From a virus, in IMG/VR virus record IMGVR_UViG_3300032313_001465, positions 84,582-148,581 of that record: a stretch of DNA of 64,000 bases. One strand, written 5' to 3'. The first letter of the stretch is position 1; the number at the start of each line of letters is the position of its first letter. The notes beneath the pieces were generated by a model, which made no database searches, was not told the origin of the DNA, and was given only the letters and a program-made list of their open reading frames with translations. Below are positions 30,267 to 40,408 of the stretch, in pieces. The translations under genes were made by a program, and so were the position numbers.

Positions 30267-32168
30267 ATGGCAGATAAAAGTGTATTTACAAGACTAAAAA
30301 GGTTATTTTCTACGGATGTAATCATCAGAAACCAAGGTGGGAATAACATTCGTGTAATAGATGTTAATCACATCCAAACTACTGGAGAAATTGAAACTAA
30401 TTCACTTCAAGATAGATTTAATCGAATATATAGTAGCACAAACCCATCATCTTTATATGGAGCTCAATTTAATCTTAACTATCAATATTTAAGAACACAA
30501 ATGTATTCTGAATATGATGTTATGGATACTGATGCTATTATAGCCTCTGCTCTAGATATTATTGCAGATGAAAGCACATTAAAAAATGAACAAGGAGAAG
30601 TATTACAAATTGTAAGTAGTGATGAAGATGTTCAAAAAATATTATATAACTTATTTTATGATGTATTAAATATAGAATTTAATATGTGGTCATGGGTAAG
30701 ACAAATGTGTAAATATGGTGACTTTTTCTTAAAATTAGAGATAGCTGATAAATTTGGAGTATATAATGTTATCCCATATACTGCATATCATATTGAAAGA
30801 CAAGAAGGATACGATAAAGCAAATCCTGCTTCTATAAGATATGCATTTTCACCTGATGGTTTTGCTGGGGGTAGTTATGGTTACTATAACTTACCAAATC
30901 AACCTACTAATTCAAATCGAATTTATTTTGATAACTATGAGATGGCTCATTTCAGACTAATCTCAGATGTAAATTATTTACCTTACGGAAGAGCATATAT
31001 TGAACCAGCGCGTAAATTATATAAACAATACTCTTTAATGGAAGATAGCATGCTTATCCATAGAATAGTTAGAGCGCCGGAAAAACGTGTATTTTATATT
31101 AATATTGGAGGCATTCCACCTAATGAAGTAGAAGCATTTATGCAAAAAACAATTTCTGCTATGAAACGTACTCCATATATTGATCCTGAAACTGGAGAAT
31201 ATAATTTGAAGTATAATATGCAGAATATGATGGAAGATTTCTATATTCCAGTTCGTGGGAATGATGCAACTACTAAAATTGATACTACAAAAGGTTTAGA
31301 GTATGATGGTATTAAGGATGTTGAGTATTTAAGAGATAAAATGTTTGCTGCCTTAAAAGTTCCAAAAGCTTTTATGGGTTATGAGAAAGATTTAACTGGA
31401 AAAGCTACATTAGCAGCCGAAGATATTAGATTTGCTCGTACAATTGATAGAATACAGAGAATAATATTATCTGAACTTGAAAAAATTGCTTTAATCCATT
31501 TATATACACAAGGATATGATGGTGAACAGTTAACTAATTTTAAATTATCTCTTACTACTCCTTCAATTATATACGATCAAGAACGTTTAGCTCTTTTAAA
31601 AGAAAAAGTAGATTTAGCTGTAACTATTTTCGAAAACGATGTTTTACCATCTGATTGGGTTTACACTAACGTATTCCATTTAAGTGAAAGTGAATTTGGT
31701 GAAATGAGAGATCTAAATGTGGAAGACGCAAAACGTAGATTTAGACTAAAACAAATATCAGAAGAAGGAAATGATCCATTAGAAACAGGTAAATCATATG
31801 GTACACCTCATGATTTAGCAACACTATATGGCACAGGAAGATATGATAATACAGCTGATGTTCCTGCTGGATATAATGAAAAAGCTACTTTAGGTCGTCC
31901 TGTAGAAAAAAGTTCAAATATAAATACTCAAGGCAATGCTTTTGGTAGAGATAGATTGGGGGTTGCTGCTATGAAAAAAGATGATCAACCATCATTTGGT
32001 AAAACCAATTATAAAGGAGGTTCACCTCTAGCATTAGAAGGAACCAAAAAATCTTATTTTCAAAATAGAAAATTATTAGAGAATATGAAAGTAGAACGCA
32101 AAGTAATGATTTTTGAATCAGACAAAAACAAAGAGTCATTACTAGATGATTCTCAGTTACTACCTTAA
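30267..32168 (+). CDS. Portal protein (T4 gp20-like)
   Basis: MEDSMLIHRIVRAPEKRVFYINIG, MMEDFYIPVR, ALKVPK. Confidence 0.93.
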   Translation: MADKSVFTRLKRLFSTDVIIRNQGGNNIRVIDVNHIQTTGEIETNSLQDRFNRIYSSTNPSSLYGAQFNLNYQYLRTQMYSEYDVMDTDAIIASALDIIADESTLKNEQGEVLQIVSSDEDVQKILYNLFYDVLNIEFNMWSWVRQMCKYGDFFLKLEIADKFGVYNVIPYTAYHIERQEGYDKANPASIRYAFSPDGFAGGSYGYYNLPNQPTNSNRIYFDNYEMAHFRLISDVNYLPYGRAYIEPARKLYKQYSLMEDSMLIHRIVRAPEKRVFYINIGGIPPNEVEAFMQKTISAMKRTPYIDPETGEYNLKYNMQNMMEDFYIPVRGNDATTKIDTTKGLEYDGIKDVEYLRDKMFAALKVPKAFMGYEKDLTGKATLAAEDIRFARTIDRIQRIILSELEKIALIHLYTQGYDGEQLTNFKLSLTTPSIIYDQERLALLKEKVDLAVTIFENDVLPSDWVYTNVFHLSESEFGEMRDLNVEDAKRRFRLKQISEEGNDPLETGKSYGTPHDLATLYGTGRYDNTADVPAGYNEKATLGRPVEKSSNINTQGNAFGRDRLGVAAMKKDDQPSFGKTNYKGGSPLALEGTKKSYFQNRKLLENMKVERKVMIFESDKNKESLLDDSQLLP

Positions 32169-32186
32169 TATTTATATATATTTATA
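32168..32186 (+). promoter_or_regulatory. Tandem ATATTTATA motifs
   Basis: Copies at 32168 and 32178. Confidence 0.55.
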
Positions 32187-32195
32187 AAAAACACA

Positions 32196-33047
32196 TTGAT
32201 GAAACATAATAGGACAAAAAATACAGGTATACTATTTGAATTATTAACAAGACAGATTACTTCAGATATTCTATCAGGTAAAGATTCACCTGCATCAAAA
32301 ATAATCAAATCTCATTTTGTTAATACTGAATTAGGGAAAGAATACAAGTTATATGAGTCTATTTTTAAAAATAACTTTGTTAGCGAAGCTAAAGCTAATA
32401 TGGTTATAAACACGGTATTAGAATCTTCTAAAAAGTTAAATCGTACAACTTTAAGAAAACAAAAATACAATTTAATTAAGGAAATAAAAGACCACTATAA
32501 CTTAGACGAATTTTTTAAAACTAAAGTTTCAAACTACAAAGAATTAGCATCTATATATGTTTTATTTGAAGTACATAGTGATCCAACATATTCAAATCCA
32601 CAAATTACTATAAATAATAAAACTACTCTTTTAGAATATTTAACAAAACCCAAAAGGGAAAAAGAACACACCCAAACCATTATTGAGGAGTTTCAAACAT
32701 ACGACAAAGATTTACGTATTTTAACTTACAAGATTTTACTTGATAAATTTAATACAAAACATGCTCATTTAAATGAGAACCAAAAATTAGTACTCAAAGA
32801 ATTTATCAACTCAATAGATTCAGCTCCAAAATTGATGAGATTTTATAATGATAAGATAAACGAAATCAAATCTGAAATAAAAACTCAAATCAACAAAACA
32901 GAAGATGCTGTTGTTAAAATTAAATTAAAGGAAGTAAGTAAACTACTAACTGAAGTTGATAAGAATCAAAAAGTTAAAACAAATAATTTAGTTGACTTAC
33001 TTCAATATTTTGAACTTTTAGAAGAATTAAAACATACTAATGGATAA
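32196..33047 (+). CDS. Conserved-looking head-module hypothetical protein
   Basis: Helical protein between portal and protease; KNTGILFELLTRQIT. Confidence 0.55.
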   Translation: MMKHNRTKNTGILFELLTRQITSDILSGKDSPASKIIKSHFVNTELGKEYKLYESIFKNNFVSEAKANMVINTVLESSKKLNRTTLRKQKYNLIKEIKDHYNLDEFFKTKVSNYKELASIYVLFEVHSDPTYSNPQITINNKTTLLEYLTKPKREKEHTQTIIEEFQTYDKDLRILTYKILLDKFNTKHAHLNENQKLVLKEFINSIDSAPKLMRFYNDKINEIKSEIKTQINKTEDAVVKIKLKEVSKLLTEVDKNQKVKTNNLVDLLQYFELLEELKHTNG

Positions 33048-33453
33048 TTTAAAAGGGAAAATTAAAAAGATATGTCAAGAATATCTTAAAAAACTAAAAG
33101 AAGAATCTACAACAGGTGGTGGAACAGCTAGTAGTGCCGGAATGACTACAGGTACTGGAGAACAATATGCTACACCATTTGCCTTTAATCCAAATAAAAA
33201 AGCTAAAGGTACAGCCAGTAATTACTACTATAAGTTAGGATATAAATTGGCACCTAACCAAGTAACTGAAATAGATAAATCTACATATGGAACCGGAAAT
33301 TTAGGACCGGGTCCAAAAGCAACTGAACGTGGAGTAGAAGATAATTATTATGTAAAGGCGTTTGGTTACAAAGTAGTTGATCGTAAAAAACAAGCAGACG
33401 CTTCTAAAGCTGTAGATTATAAAGATTTATGGGGAAAAACATATAAATATTAA
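33040..33453 (+). CDS. Head-module hypothetical protein
   Basis: LKEE|STT leader; YATPFAF. Confidence 0.5.
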   Translation: MDNLKGKIKKICQEYLKKLKEESTTGGGTASSAGMTTGTGEQYATPFAFNPNKKAKGTASNYYYKLGYKLAPNQVTEIDKSTYGTGNLGPGPKATERGVEDNYYVKAFGYKVVDRKKQADASKAVDYKDLWGKTYKY

Positions 33454-33454
33454 T

Positions 33455-33694
33455 ATGTATAGATATAAATTAAAAGAAGAAACACCACAAACTCCTAAAC
33501 AATATCAACAAACCCGCTTAAACGGATTTGATGAAGTTATAGATTTAATAGGACAAATACAACCTCTTTTAAAAGAAGCTAGACAAAAAACGATAGAATA
33601 TTATAATGATAATCCTGAGTCGTATGATGTAGTATATGGTACTGATTTAATAAAAGATTACTTATTAGATATAACAAAAATATTAAAAAAATAA
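33455..33694 (+). CDS. Small hypothetical protein
   Basis: ORF in the head operon. Confidence 0.5.
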   Translation: MYRYKLKEETPQTPKQYQQTRLNGFDEVIDLIGQIQPLLKEARQKTIEYYNDNPESYDVVYGTDLIKDYLLDITKILKK

Positions 33695-33701
33695 AACAAA
33701 C

Positions 33702-33980
33702 ATGGTAAATATCCCAGTAAATTTAGGAGGAACATTTTTAACAGCCAGTCAATCAGCCACTGGAGCATTCTCAGGAATGATATGTTTAGGAACAGGATCA
33801 GCAACAGCAATAACAGGTTCAATTATTTCAGGTATTAAATATGGATATGCGTTTGCTAACAACAAAGTTTCAGAAGCTGTAGGGGTACCATTTACAATGG
33901 CTCCAGGAACTACATTTCCTATGGTTATAACTTCTTGTAGTTTAGCAGCAGGTAGCGCTCCAGTATTTTTATATTCATAA
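33702..33980 (+). CDS. Small virion-like protein (possible capsid decoration)
   Basis: Ala/Gly/Ser/Thr-rich beta-type composition. Confidence 0.4.
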   Translation: MVNIPVNLGGTFLTASQSATGAFSGMICLGTGSATAITGSIISGIKYGYAFANNKVSEAVGVPFTMAPGTTFPMVITSCSLAAGSAPVFLYS

Positions 33981-33993
33981 TTTTAAATAAACA

Positions 33994-35205
33994 ATGAAAA
34001 CATTACAAACACAATATAATCTTATTAAAGAAGGAAAAGGAAGTAAACATGTATTTTTAAAGGAAGCAAAAAGCTTATATCCTGACATGATTACTAATTT
34101 TTCAACTTTTGAACAAACTGAAAAAATTCTTAAAAATAGAGGAGTAATTAACGAAAATTTTGTTGGATTACAACCTATTAACGATTGGGAACCATCTCCA
34201 AAACAAGACTATGAAATAGCATTTAAAAAATTCTTATCTGAAGTAGAAGAAGAAAAAGTTAAAGCTGATACTAAAAAAGTGTCTAAATATGTAGAAGATA
34301 CTGATGCTCATAGTTTTGATAATAAAGATCGTAAAAATATTGATAATTTAAGTGGTCAAGAAGTACTTAATGGGTTTTATACCGAATTAAAAGCGCCTAA
34401 AAACGCAGATAAAACGAAAGACGAATTAATGGATATCGTTACTAAAAATCTATCAAAAGATCCGTTATACTACATTAAAAACGGCCAATTTGGAACTGAA
34501 GGAGTGGGATATACTGAAGACGCTCCAGGTTTAGGTAAGCCTAAAGAAGCAAAAGGTAAATATAAATCAAGTGGATATGGCGATTTAGATAATAAACAAA
34601 CAGCTCCAAAATCAAACGTTAAGGATTCAGGAAAAAGTGAATACAAAACTGGTATGCCTAAGAAAGTAAAAGAAATGGATATGAAAGCTCAATCTTCTAA
34701 AGGTGTACAAAAAATGGCTACTCCTGGTAAACCAAAAACTATAAAACTAAATGAAATAGGAATGTTTCATGATCCTATGGGATATAATAAAGGAGCAAAA
34801 TCTCAAAAGGAAGTAGCTCGTGATATATTAATGAATGCTGGATTGTCTGATGAAGAAATAAAAAAGTTCATTAGTGATAATATGTTTAAAAAAGGAAGAT
34901 TAGATGATTTAGCTAAAGAATATATTAAATCCCTTAAAGGACTAAATGAAAATCAAGAATCAAATACAGATGTATTAAAAGATTTAATATCAAGACATGA
35001 TTGGTACTTTGAAATGAGTGATGATAATAGAAAATATAAAGATGGTCAAGCATCTGAAAAGAAAATTATGGATTTAGTAAATAGAATGGGAGATGAAGGC
35101 AAAAAAATCTATAATTCAATGGCACCAAAAGATAGACAATTAAAAGAATCCGTAGTTGATAGAATAATAGAATCTATTCTTGAAAGACTTAAGAAAATTA
35201 AATAA
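33994..35205 (+). CDS. Putative prohead core/internal protein
   Basis: Multiple LxE sites (IKE, INE, LSE, LNE x2, LKE); immediately upstream of the protease. Confidence 0.5.
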   Translation: MKTLQTQYNLIKEGKGSKHVFLKEAKSLYPDMITNFSTFEQTEKILKNRGVINENFVGLQPINDWEPSPKQDYEIAFKKFLSEVEEEKVKADTKKVSKYVEDTDAHSFDNKDRKNIDNLSGQEVLNGFYTELKAPKNADKTKDELMDIVTKNLSKDPLYYIKNGQFGTEGVGYTEDAPGLGKPKEAKGKYKSSGYGDLDNKQTAPKSNVKDSGKSEYKTGMPKKVKEMDMKAQSSKGVQKMATPGKPKTIKLNEIGMFHDPMGYNKGAKSQKEVARDILMNAGLSDEEIKKFISDNMFKKGRLDDLAKEYIKSLKGLNENQESNTDVLKDLISRHDWYFEMSDDNRKYKDGQASEKKIMDLVNRMGDEGKKIYNSMAPKDRQLKESVVDRIIESILERLKKIK

Positions 35206-35206
35206 A

Positions 35207-35827
35207 ATGAGTAAACAACTTCTAATAGAAACTAGACCATTCCAAGTTAATCCAATGCAACTTGTTGAAGGAACCAAAGGATCTTCAGGAAATCCATTAG
35301 TAGAAGGTATTTTAGCTACAGTAGAAGTAAAAAATGGAAATGGAAGATACTACAAGAGAGAGTTATGGGAAAGGGAATTAGAAACATACATGCAAAGTAT
35401 TAAAGAAAATCGTGCAACTGGAGAATTAGATCACCCCAGCACTGAAGTTATTAACTTAAAAAATGTATCTCATGCTATCAAAGATATTTGGTGGGATGGG
35501 GACAACATAATGGGTAAAATCGAAATTCTACCTACCCCATCAGGTAATATCCTAAAAGCACTTATAGAAAGCAATATCTCAGTAGGAGTATCTTCAAGAG
35601 GAATGGGTACTTTAAAACAAGAAGGCGATTTAATGGAAGTACAAGATGATTTTACATTAACATGTTGGGATTTTGTATCTACTCCTTCTAATCCAGGTAG
35701 CTGGATGCATCCAATAAATGGAATGATGAACGAAGGTTTACAATCAATTAAAACAAATAAGTATTCTAAAGTAAATTCTATTCTTTTTGAAATATTATGC
35801 GCTCACGGCACTTGCCCAATAATTTAA
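35207..35827 (+). CDS. Prohead protease (T4 gp21-like)
   Basis: NGNGRYY, GELDHP, VGVSSRGMG, WDFVSTPS. Start reassigned to MSKQLLIE. Confidence 0.93.
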   Translation: MSKQLLIETRPFQVNPMQLVEGTKGSSGNPLVEGILATVEVKNGNGRYYKRELWERELETYMQSIKENRATGELDHPSTEVINLKNVSHAIKDIWWDGDNIMGKIEILPTPSGNILKALIESNISVGVSSRGMGTLKQEGDLMEVQDDFTLTCWDFVSTPSNPGSWMHPINGMMNEGLQSIKTNKYSKVNSILFEILCAHGTCPII

Positions 35828-35857
35828 AATCTATCATAAAATAATATTTTAGAACTG

Positions 35858-35889
35858 ATGTCTCCCCTAAAAAGGAGACATTTTTTTTT
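35858..35889 (+). terminator. Intrinsic terminator
   Basis: atgtctcc...ggagacat stem followed by a T run. Confidence 0.8.
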
Positions 35890-36028
35890 CTTCAAAACGC
35901 GACTTTGACAAAAATGCGACATACGTATAGCTATAATGTACTATTCTCATTCTACTATATAGTACCAAACAATCATAACCCCAATTACAATTACTAATAA
36001 TTGTATTTCCAAAACAAATTTAAGGAAA

Positions 36029-37096
36029 ATGTCAACAAACAGAGATTTATTAAAAGAAGCGATCGCTGACGCTAAAGCAGTAAAAGATACAGCAATTGCA
36101 AACGCAAAAATGGCTCTTGAAGAAGCATTTACTCCACATTTAAAATCTATGTTCTCCGCTAAAATCAACGAGATGGAAGAGGAAGATATGGATGAAGATA
36201 TGGATTACAATGACGAAAACATAGAGCAAAACGAAGCCAAAAAAAGAGGTGGAAAAAATGAAAAGGTTGTTAAAGAATTCTATTTAGAAGAAGACGAAAT
36301 CAATCTAGAAGAACTTATGTCTGAATTAGAAAAAGATGAAATGGAAGAAGTAATTAATGATCCTAGAGGTCCTAGAGCTCACGGTAATATAGCTTCTGGA
36401 GGAATGTCAGATGATGCTTTAATGGAAGCCGAAGAAGAAACTGAGGAAGAAATGAGTATTGAAGACATGTCTGAAGAAGATTTAAAAGATTTCATTGAAA
36501 GTGTAATTAAAGACATGGTTGAAGCTGGAGAAATTGAAGCTGGTTCTGAAGAAGAAGAAGAAGAAGAAGAAGAAGGTGAAAGTATTGATGAGTTCTTAAA
36601 CGAAATGGAAGGTGATGACCTTAAAGAATATGGTCAAGAACAACCTATATCAGTTGAAGACGCTTTATCAATTGTATGTAAATCATATCCAAACAATGCA
36701 TTATGTAAAGGAATGAAAGAAGGCAAAGGTGCAAAAGAAAAATCAAACAAAGAATTAGAAGAAGCATACAGAGTTATTAGATCAATGAAAAAAGACATTA
36801 ACGAAGTTAACTTACTAAACGCAAAATTACTTTACACCAATAAAATCTTCAGAGGTAAGAGCTTAACTGAATCTCAAAAGATTAATGTATTAGGTGCTTT
36901 TGACAGAGCAACAACCGCTAAAGAAGCTAAACTGGTATATGAATCATTGTTGAGTAATTTAAAAACACCAACAAGAAACATTCAAGAAAATTTAGGTAGA
37001 GCTTCCAAGTCAGTAACTGTTCCTCAAACAAAACAACCTATTATTGAATCAAATGATATGGTAGCAAGGTTCCAAAAATTAGCAGGTATTATTTAA
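36029..37096 (+). CDS. Prohead scaffold/core protein (gp22-like)
   Basis: Very acidic coiled coil between protease and capsid genes; EVNLLNAKLLY; C-terminal RFQKLAGII. Confidence 0.8.
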   Translation: MSTNRDLLKEAIADAKAVKDTAIANAKMALEEAFTPHLKSMFSAKINEMEEEDMDEDMDYNDENIEQNEAKKRGGKNEKVVKEFYLEEDEINLEELMSELEKDEMEEVINDPRGPRAHGNIASGGMSDDALMEAEEETEEEMSIEDMSEEDLKDFIESVIKDMVEAGEIEAGSEEEEEEEEEGESIDEFLNEMEGDDLKEYGQEQPISVEDALSIVCKSYPNNALCKGMKEGKGAKEKSNKELEEAYRVIRSMKKDINEVNLLNAKLLYTNKIFRGKSLTESQKINVLGAFDRATTAKEAKLVYESLLSNLKTPTRNIQENLGRASKSVTVPQTKQPIIESNDMVARFQKLAGII

Positions 37097-37136
37097 AATT
37101 AACAAACAAACAAACAAAAACAAAACAACAGAAAAA

Positions 37137-38780
37137 ATGGCAAACATTCAAAACTTACTCGAATCAGCTAACCCGTATAAATCACTACAAGGTGATGCGG
37201 CTAGATTAGCAAACAAATGGAGTAGAACAGGATTGTTAGAAGGTATCAAAAATGAAACCGAGAAAAACAATATGTCTATGATCCTTGAAAACCAAGCAAA
37301 ACAATTGGTAATTGAAGCCTCTCAAACAGGAGGTGGTACTTCTTCAACAGCTACTTTTACAGCAGGTGTTGGTGAACAATGGGCAGGTGTAGCTCTTCCG
37401 TTAGTTCGTAAGATCTTCGGTCAAATTGCATCAAAAGAATTCGTTAGTGTTCAACCAATGAACTTACCTTCAGGTCTAGTGTTTTTCTTAGATTTCCAAT
37501 ATGGTACATCTAAAAATCCATTTACAGCAGGTAAATCAATGTATGGTGATACTGGTTCTAACTTTGGTAATACAAACACTGGTGGTCTATATGGTGCTGG
37601 TAGATTTGGTTACTCAGTTAACAACACTTCATCTATTCAGGCAGCAACAACTGGTTCAGCTACTTGGTCTACTTTTGATCTAGATAGTGATTATTCAGCT
37701 TCAGCAGCCGCTGGTTCTTGGAAAACATTAACTGTAACTTTATCATCTACAACTGATTTCTTAGCAGCTAGATCATTTACTCTTACTTCTGCTTCTAACA
37801 TCGCAGTAACAGATAACTTACCTGCATTTACTACTTTTAATACAGCAAATAACACTGTAACTTTCGTTATTACTGGTTCAAAAATAACTGATGCTTTTGC
37901 TCCAGCTGGTTCATTACCAAACGTTACTTGTTCATATTCATTACAACCAACTGATAAATACAGAGGTGATTTTGAAGATGCTAACACTGCTTTGAACGCA
38001 AACAACAGTTCAATTACAATTCCTCAAATCAACGTTCAAATGAGATCTGAAGCAATTGTTGCTAAAACAAGAAAATTAAAAGCAGCATGGACTCCGGAAT
38101 TCGCTCAAGATTTAAATGCCTACCATGCATTAGATGCTGAAGCTGAATTAACTAGCATTATGAGTGAATACATCAGTTTAGAAATTGACTTAGAAATTTT
38201 GGATATGTTGATCGAAACAGCAGCCGCAGGTACTGAATATTGGTCAGCAGTAAATAACCAAAGTTTAAGTGTAAGTGGTACTACTGTAACTAACAACCCA
38301 TCTTTAGGTTTCTTTAACACACAAGGACAATGGTTCCAAACTTTAGGAACTAAAATCCAAAAATTATCAAACGCAATTCACCAAAGAACATTAAGAGGTG
38401 GTGCAAACTTCATCGTTTGTTCTCCAACAGTAGCAACTATCTTGGAATCAATCCCAGGTTTTGCAAGTACTTCTGATGGTGAAGCTTCAAAAATGACTTA
38501 TGCATTTGGTGTACAAAAAATGGGTCAATTGAATGGTAGATATCAAGTATACAAAAATCCATACATGACAGAAAACACTATATTGATGGGTTACAGAGGT
38601 CAACAATTCTTGGAAACAGGTGCAGTTTTTGCTCCATATATTCCATTGATCATGACTCCGTTAGTGTACGATCCAAACACATTTACTCCTAACAAAGGTC
38701 TATTAACTAGATATGCAAAGAAAATGGTAAGACCTGAGTTTTATGCAAAGATCTTCGTTTCAGGTTTAAATACTCTATAG
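37137..38780 (+). CDS. Major capsid protein (T4 gp23-like)
   Basis: KWSRTGLLEG, VQPMNLPSGLVF, KTRKLKAAWTPEFAQDL, APYIPL, TRYA. Confidence 0.95.
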   Translation: MANIQNLLESANPYKSLQGDAARLANKWSRTGLLEGIKNETEKNNMSMILENQAKQLVIEASQTGGGTSSTATFTAGVGEQWAGVALPLVRKIFGQIASKEFVSVQPMNLPSGLVFFLDFQYGTSKNPFTAGKSMYGDTGSNFGNTNTGGLYGAGRFGYSVNNTSSIQAATTGSATWSTFDLDSDYSASAAAGSWKTLTVTLSSTTDFLAARSFTLTSASNIAVTDNLPAFTTFNTANNTVTFVITGSKITDAFAPAGSLPNVTCSYSLQPTDKYRGDFEDANTALNANNSSITIPQINVQMRSEAIVAKTRKLKAAWTPEFAQDLNAYHALDAEAELTSIMSEYISLEIDLEILDMLIETAAAGTEYWSAVNNQSLSVSGTTVTNNPSLGFFNTQGQWFQTLGTKIQKLSNAIHQRTLRGGANFIVCSPTVATILESIPGFASTSDGEASKMTYAFGVQKMGQLNGRYQVYKNPYMTENTILMGYRGQQFLETGAVFAPYIPLIMTPLVYDPNTFTPNKGLLTRYAKKMVRPEFYAKIFVSGLNTL

Positions 38781-38802
38781 TAATAACCTTACTTTTTAAA
38801 TT

Positions 38803-38830
38803 AAGCCGAACTTTTAGTTCGGCTTTTTTT
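38803..38830 (+). terminator. Intrinsic terminator
   Basis: aagccgaact-ttt-agttcggctt followed by a T run. Confidence 0.85.
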
Positions 38831-38888
38831 ATCCTAAAAAATATTTTGTATATTTATAAACGACAAGATGTGTTAAATAAATAGTAGG

Positions 38889-40388
38889 ATGAAAAAACAA
38901 TATAATTCAAAAATTATACAATATTCAATATCTGGGGATGTTATAAATATATTTAATTCACCACATGATGCTGTACATATTGTTAATTATGATTCTATAA
39001 TTAGTTGTTGCAAGGGAAAATATAAAACAGCAGGTGGATTTATATGGGAATTTGAAGATAATAAAATTCCAAATATATCTAAGGACGGAGACATACAATG
39101 TAAAATATGCAAATCCAAAGAATCAGTACGTTCTATGGCTATGCATTTAAGGTGGGTACATAACATAAAAACAAATGAATATGTAAAGGAGTTTGGAGAA
39201 TTTAGACCTAAAGAACTAAAATCAAATACAAAAAAACAAGAATCTGGGTTTGAATGTAAGGAATGTGGTGAAAAATTAAAAAGTAATCAAAATTTAATGT
39301 ATCATATTACAAAGTCTCACCCTGAAATAACTAAACATGACTATATAATTAAACATTTATATAAGGAAATCCATCCAACTTGTAAATGTGGATGTGGGGA
39401 GGAGGTAACAATATTAGAAAACGGTAAAAATTGTGATTTAGGTAAAGAAACGTATTCTAGAGACTATATAAAAGGACACTGGGATTGGGAAGTATTTTCA
39501 AACATAGGGAAACAATCTAAAGAAGAAATAAAATTAGTAGATTTCATAAAAACAATATATTCAGGTGAAATCCAAACCAGTGTTAGGGGGATAATCCCTA
39601 AATCAGAAATAGATATATATTTACCTGAATTAAATATTGGAATTGAATATAATGGATTATATTGGCACTCTGAAAAAGGAGGGAGATTTAAAGAATATCA
39701 TTTAGAAAAATTAAAAAAAGCTAATGAAGTAAATATTAGATTAATACAAATATTTTCAGATGAGTGGTTAAATAAAAATGAGATTACTAAAAATAAACTA
39801 ATATCAATCATTCAGCCTAAATCAAATAGAGTATATGCTCGAAAGTGTAATATAAAAGAAATATCATCAACTGATAAAAATATTTTTTTAAATAAATATC
39901 ATATTCAAGGTGAAGATAGAAGTACATATAAGTTAGGAATTTTTAATTTAGATGAATTGATAGGAGTTATGACTTTTTCCAAACCTAGAATATCATTAGG
40001 AGGTAATATAAAATTAGAAGATACTTATGAATTATCAAGGTACGCCTCTTCAACATATATTGTTGGTGGAGCTGCTAAATTAATAAAATATTTTAAAAAA
40101 CTCATCAACCCAAAATTAATATATTCATATTCAGATAATAGATGGACTAATCCTAACAATAATATGTACCTGAAATTAGGGTTTAAACATGTTAAAACTT
40201 CCTCCCCTAATTATTTTTATACAAAAAATTATCTAACACGAATTCATAGATATAATTTTAATAAATTTAATCTTAAAAAAATGGGAGCAGATGTACAAAA
40301 TCATACTGAGTTTCAAATTATGGAAGGATTGGGATATACTAAAATATGGGACTGTGGTTCTTCTAGGTATGAGTTAAAATTTAGTTAA
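38889..40388 (+). CDS. Homing-endonuclease-like protein (NUMOD1 + C2H2 fingers + Hef/Vsr-like nuclease)
   Basis: TAGGFIW; CKIC...HLRWVH; EIDIYLPELNIGIEYNGLYWH; YARKC; IWDCG. Confidence 0.7.
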   Translation: MKKQYNSKIIQYSISGDVINIFNSPHDAVHIVNYDSIISCCKGKYKTAGGFIWEFEDNKIPNISKDGDIQCKICKSKESVRSMAMHLRWVHNIKTNEYVKEFGEFRPKELKSNTKKQESGFECKECGEKLKSNQNLMYHITKSHPEITKHDYIIKHLYKEIHPTCKCGCGEEVTILENGKNCDLGKETYSRDYIKGHWDWEVFSNIGKQSKEEIKLVDFIKTIYSGEIQTSVRGIIPKSEIDIYLPELNIGIEYNGLYWHSEKGGRFKEYHLEKLKKANEVNIRLIQIFSDEWLNKNEITKNKLISIIQPKSNRVYARKCNIKEISSTDKNIFLNKYHIQGEDRSTYKLGIFNLDELIGVMTFSKPRISLGGNIKLEDTYELSRYASSTYIVGGAAKLIKYFKKLINPKLIYSYSDNRWTNPNNNMYLKLGFKHVKTSSPNYFYTKNYLTRIHRYNFNKFNLKKMGADVQNHTEFQIMEGLGYTKIWDCGSSRYELKFS

Positions 40389-40400
40389 TATTTATAATAA
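40388..40400 (+). promoter_or_regulatory. ATATTTATAATAA putative late promoter
   Basis: Full-length motif overlapping the upstream stop codon. Confidence 0.6.
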
Positions 40401-40408
40401 AAATACTT

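Noticed and set aside
35905-35937. TTGACA...TATAAT sigma70 promoter
   Set aside because: The spacer is 21 nt, too long for the canonical 16-18 nt.
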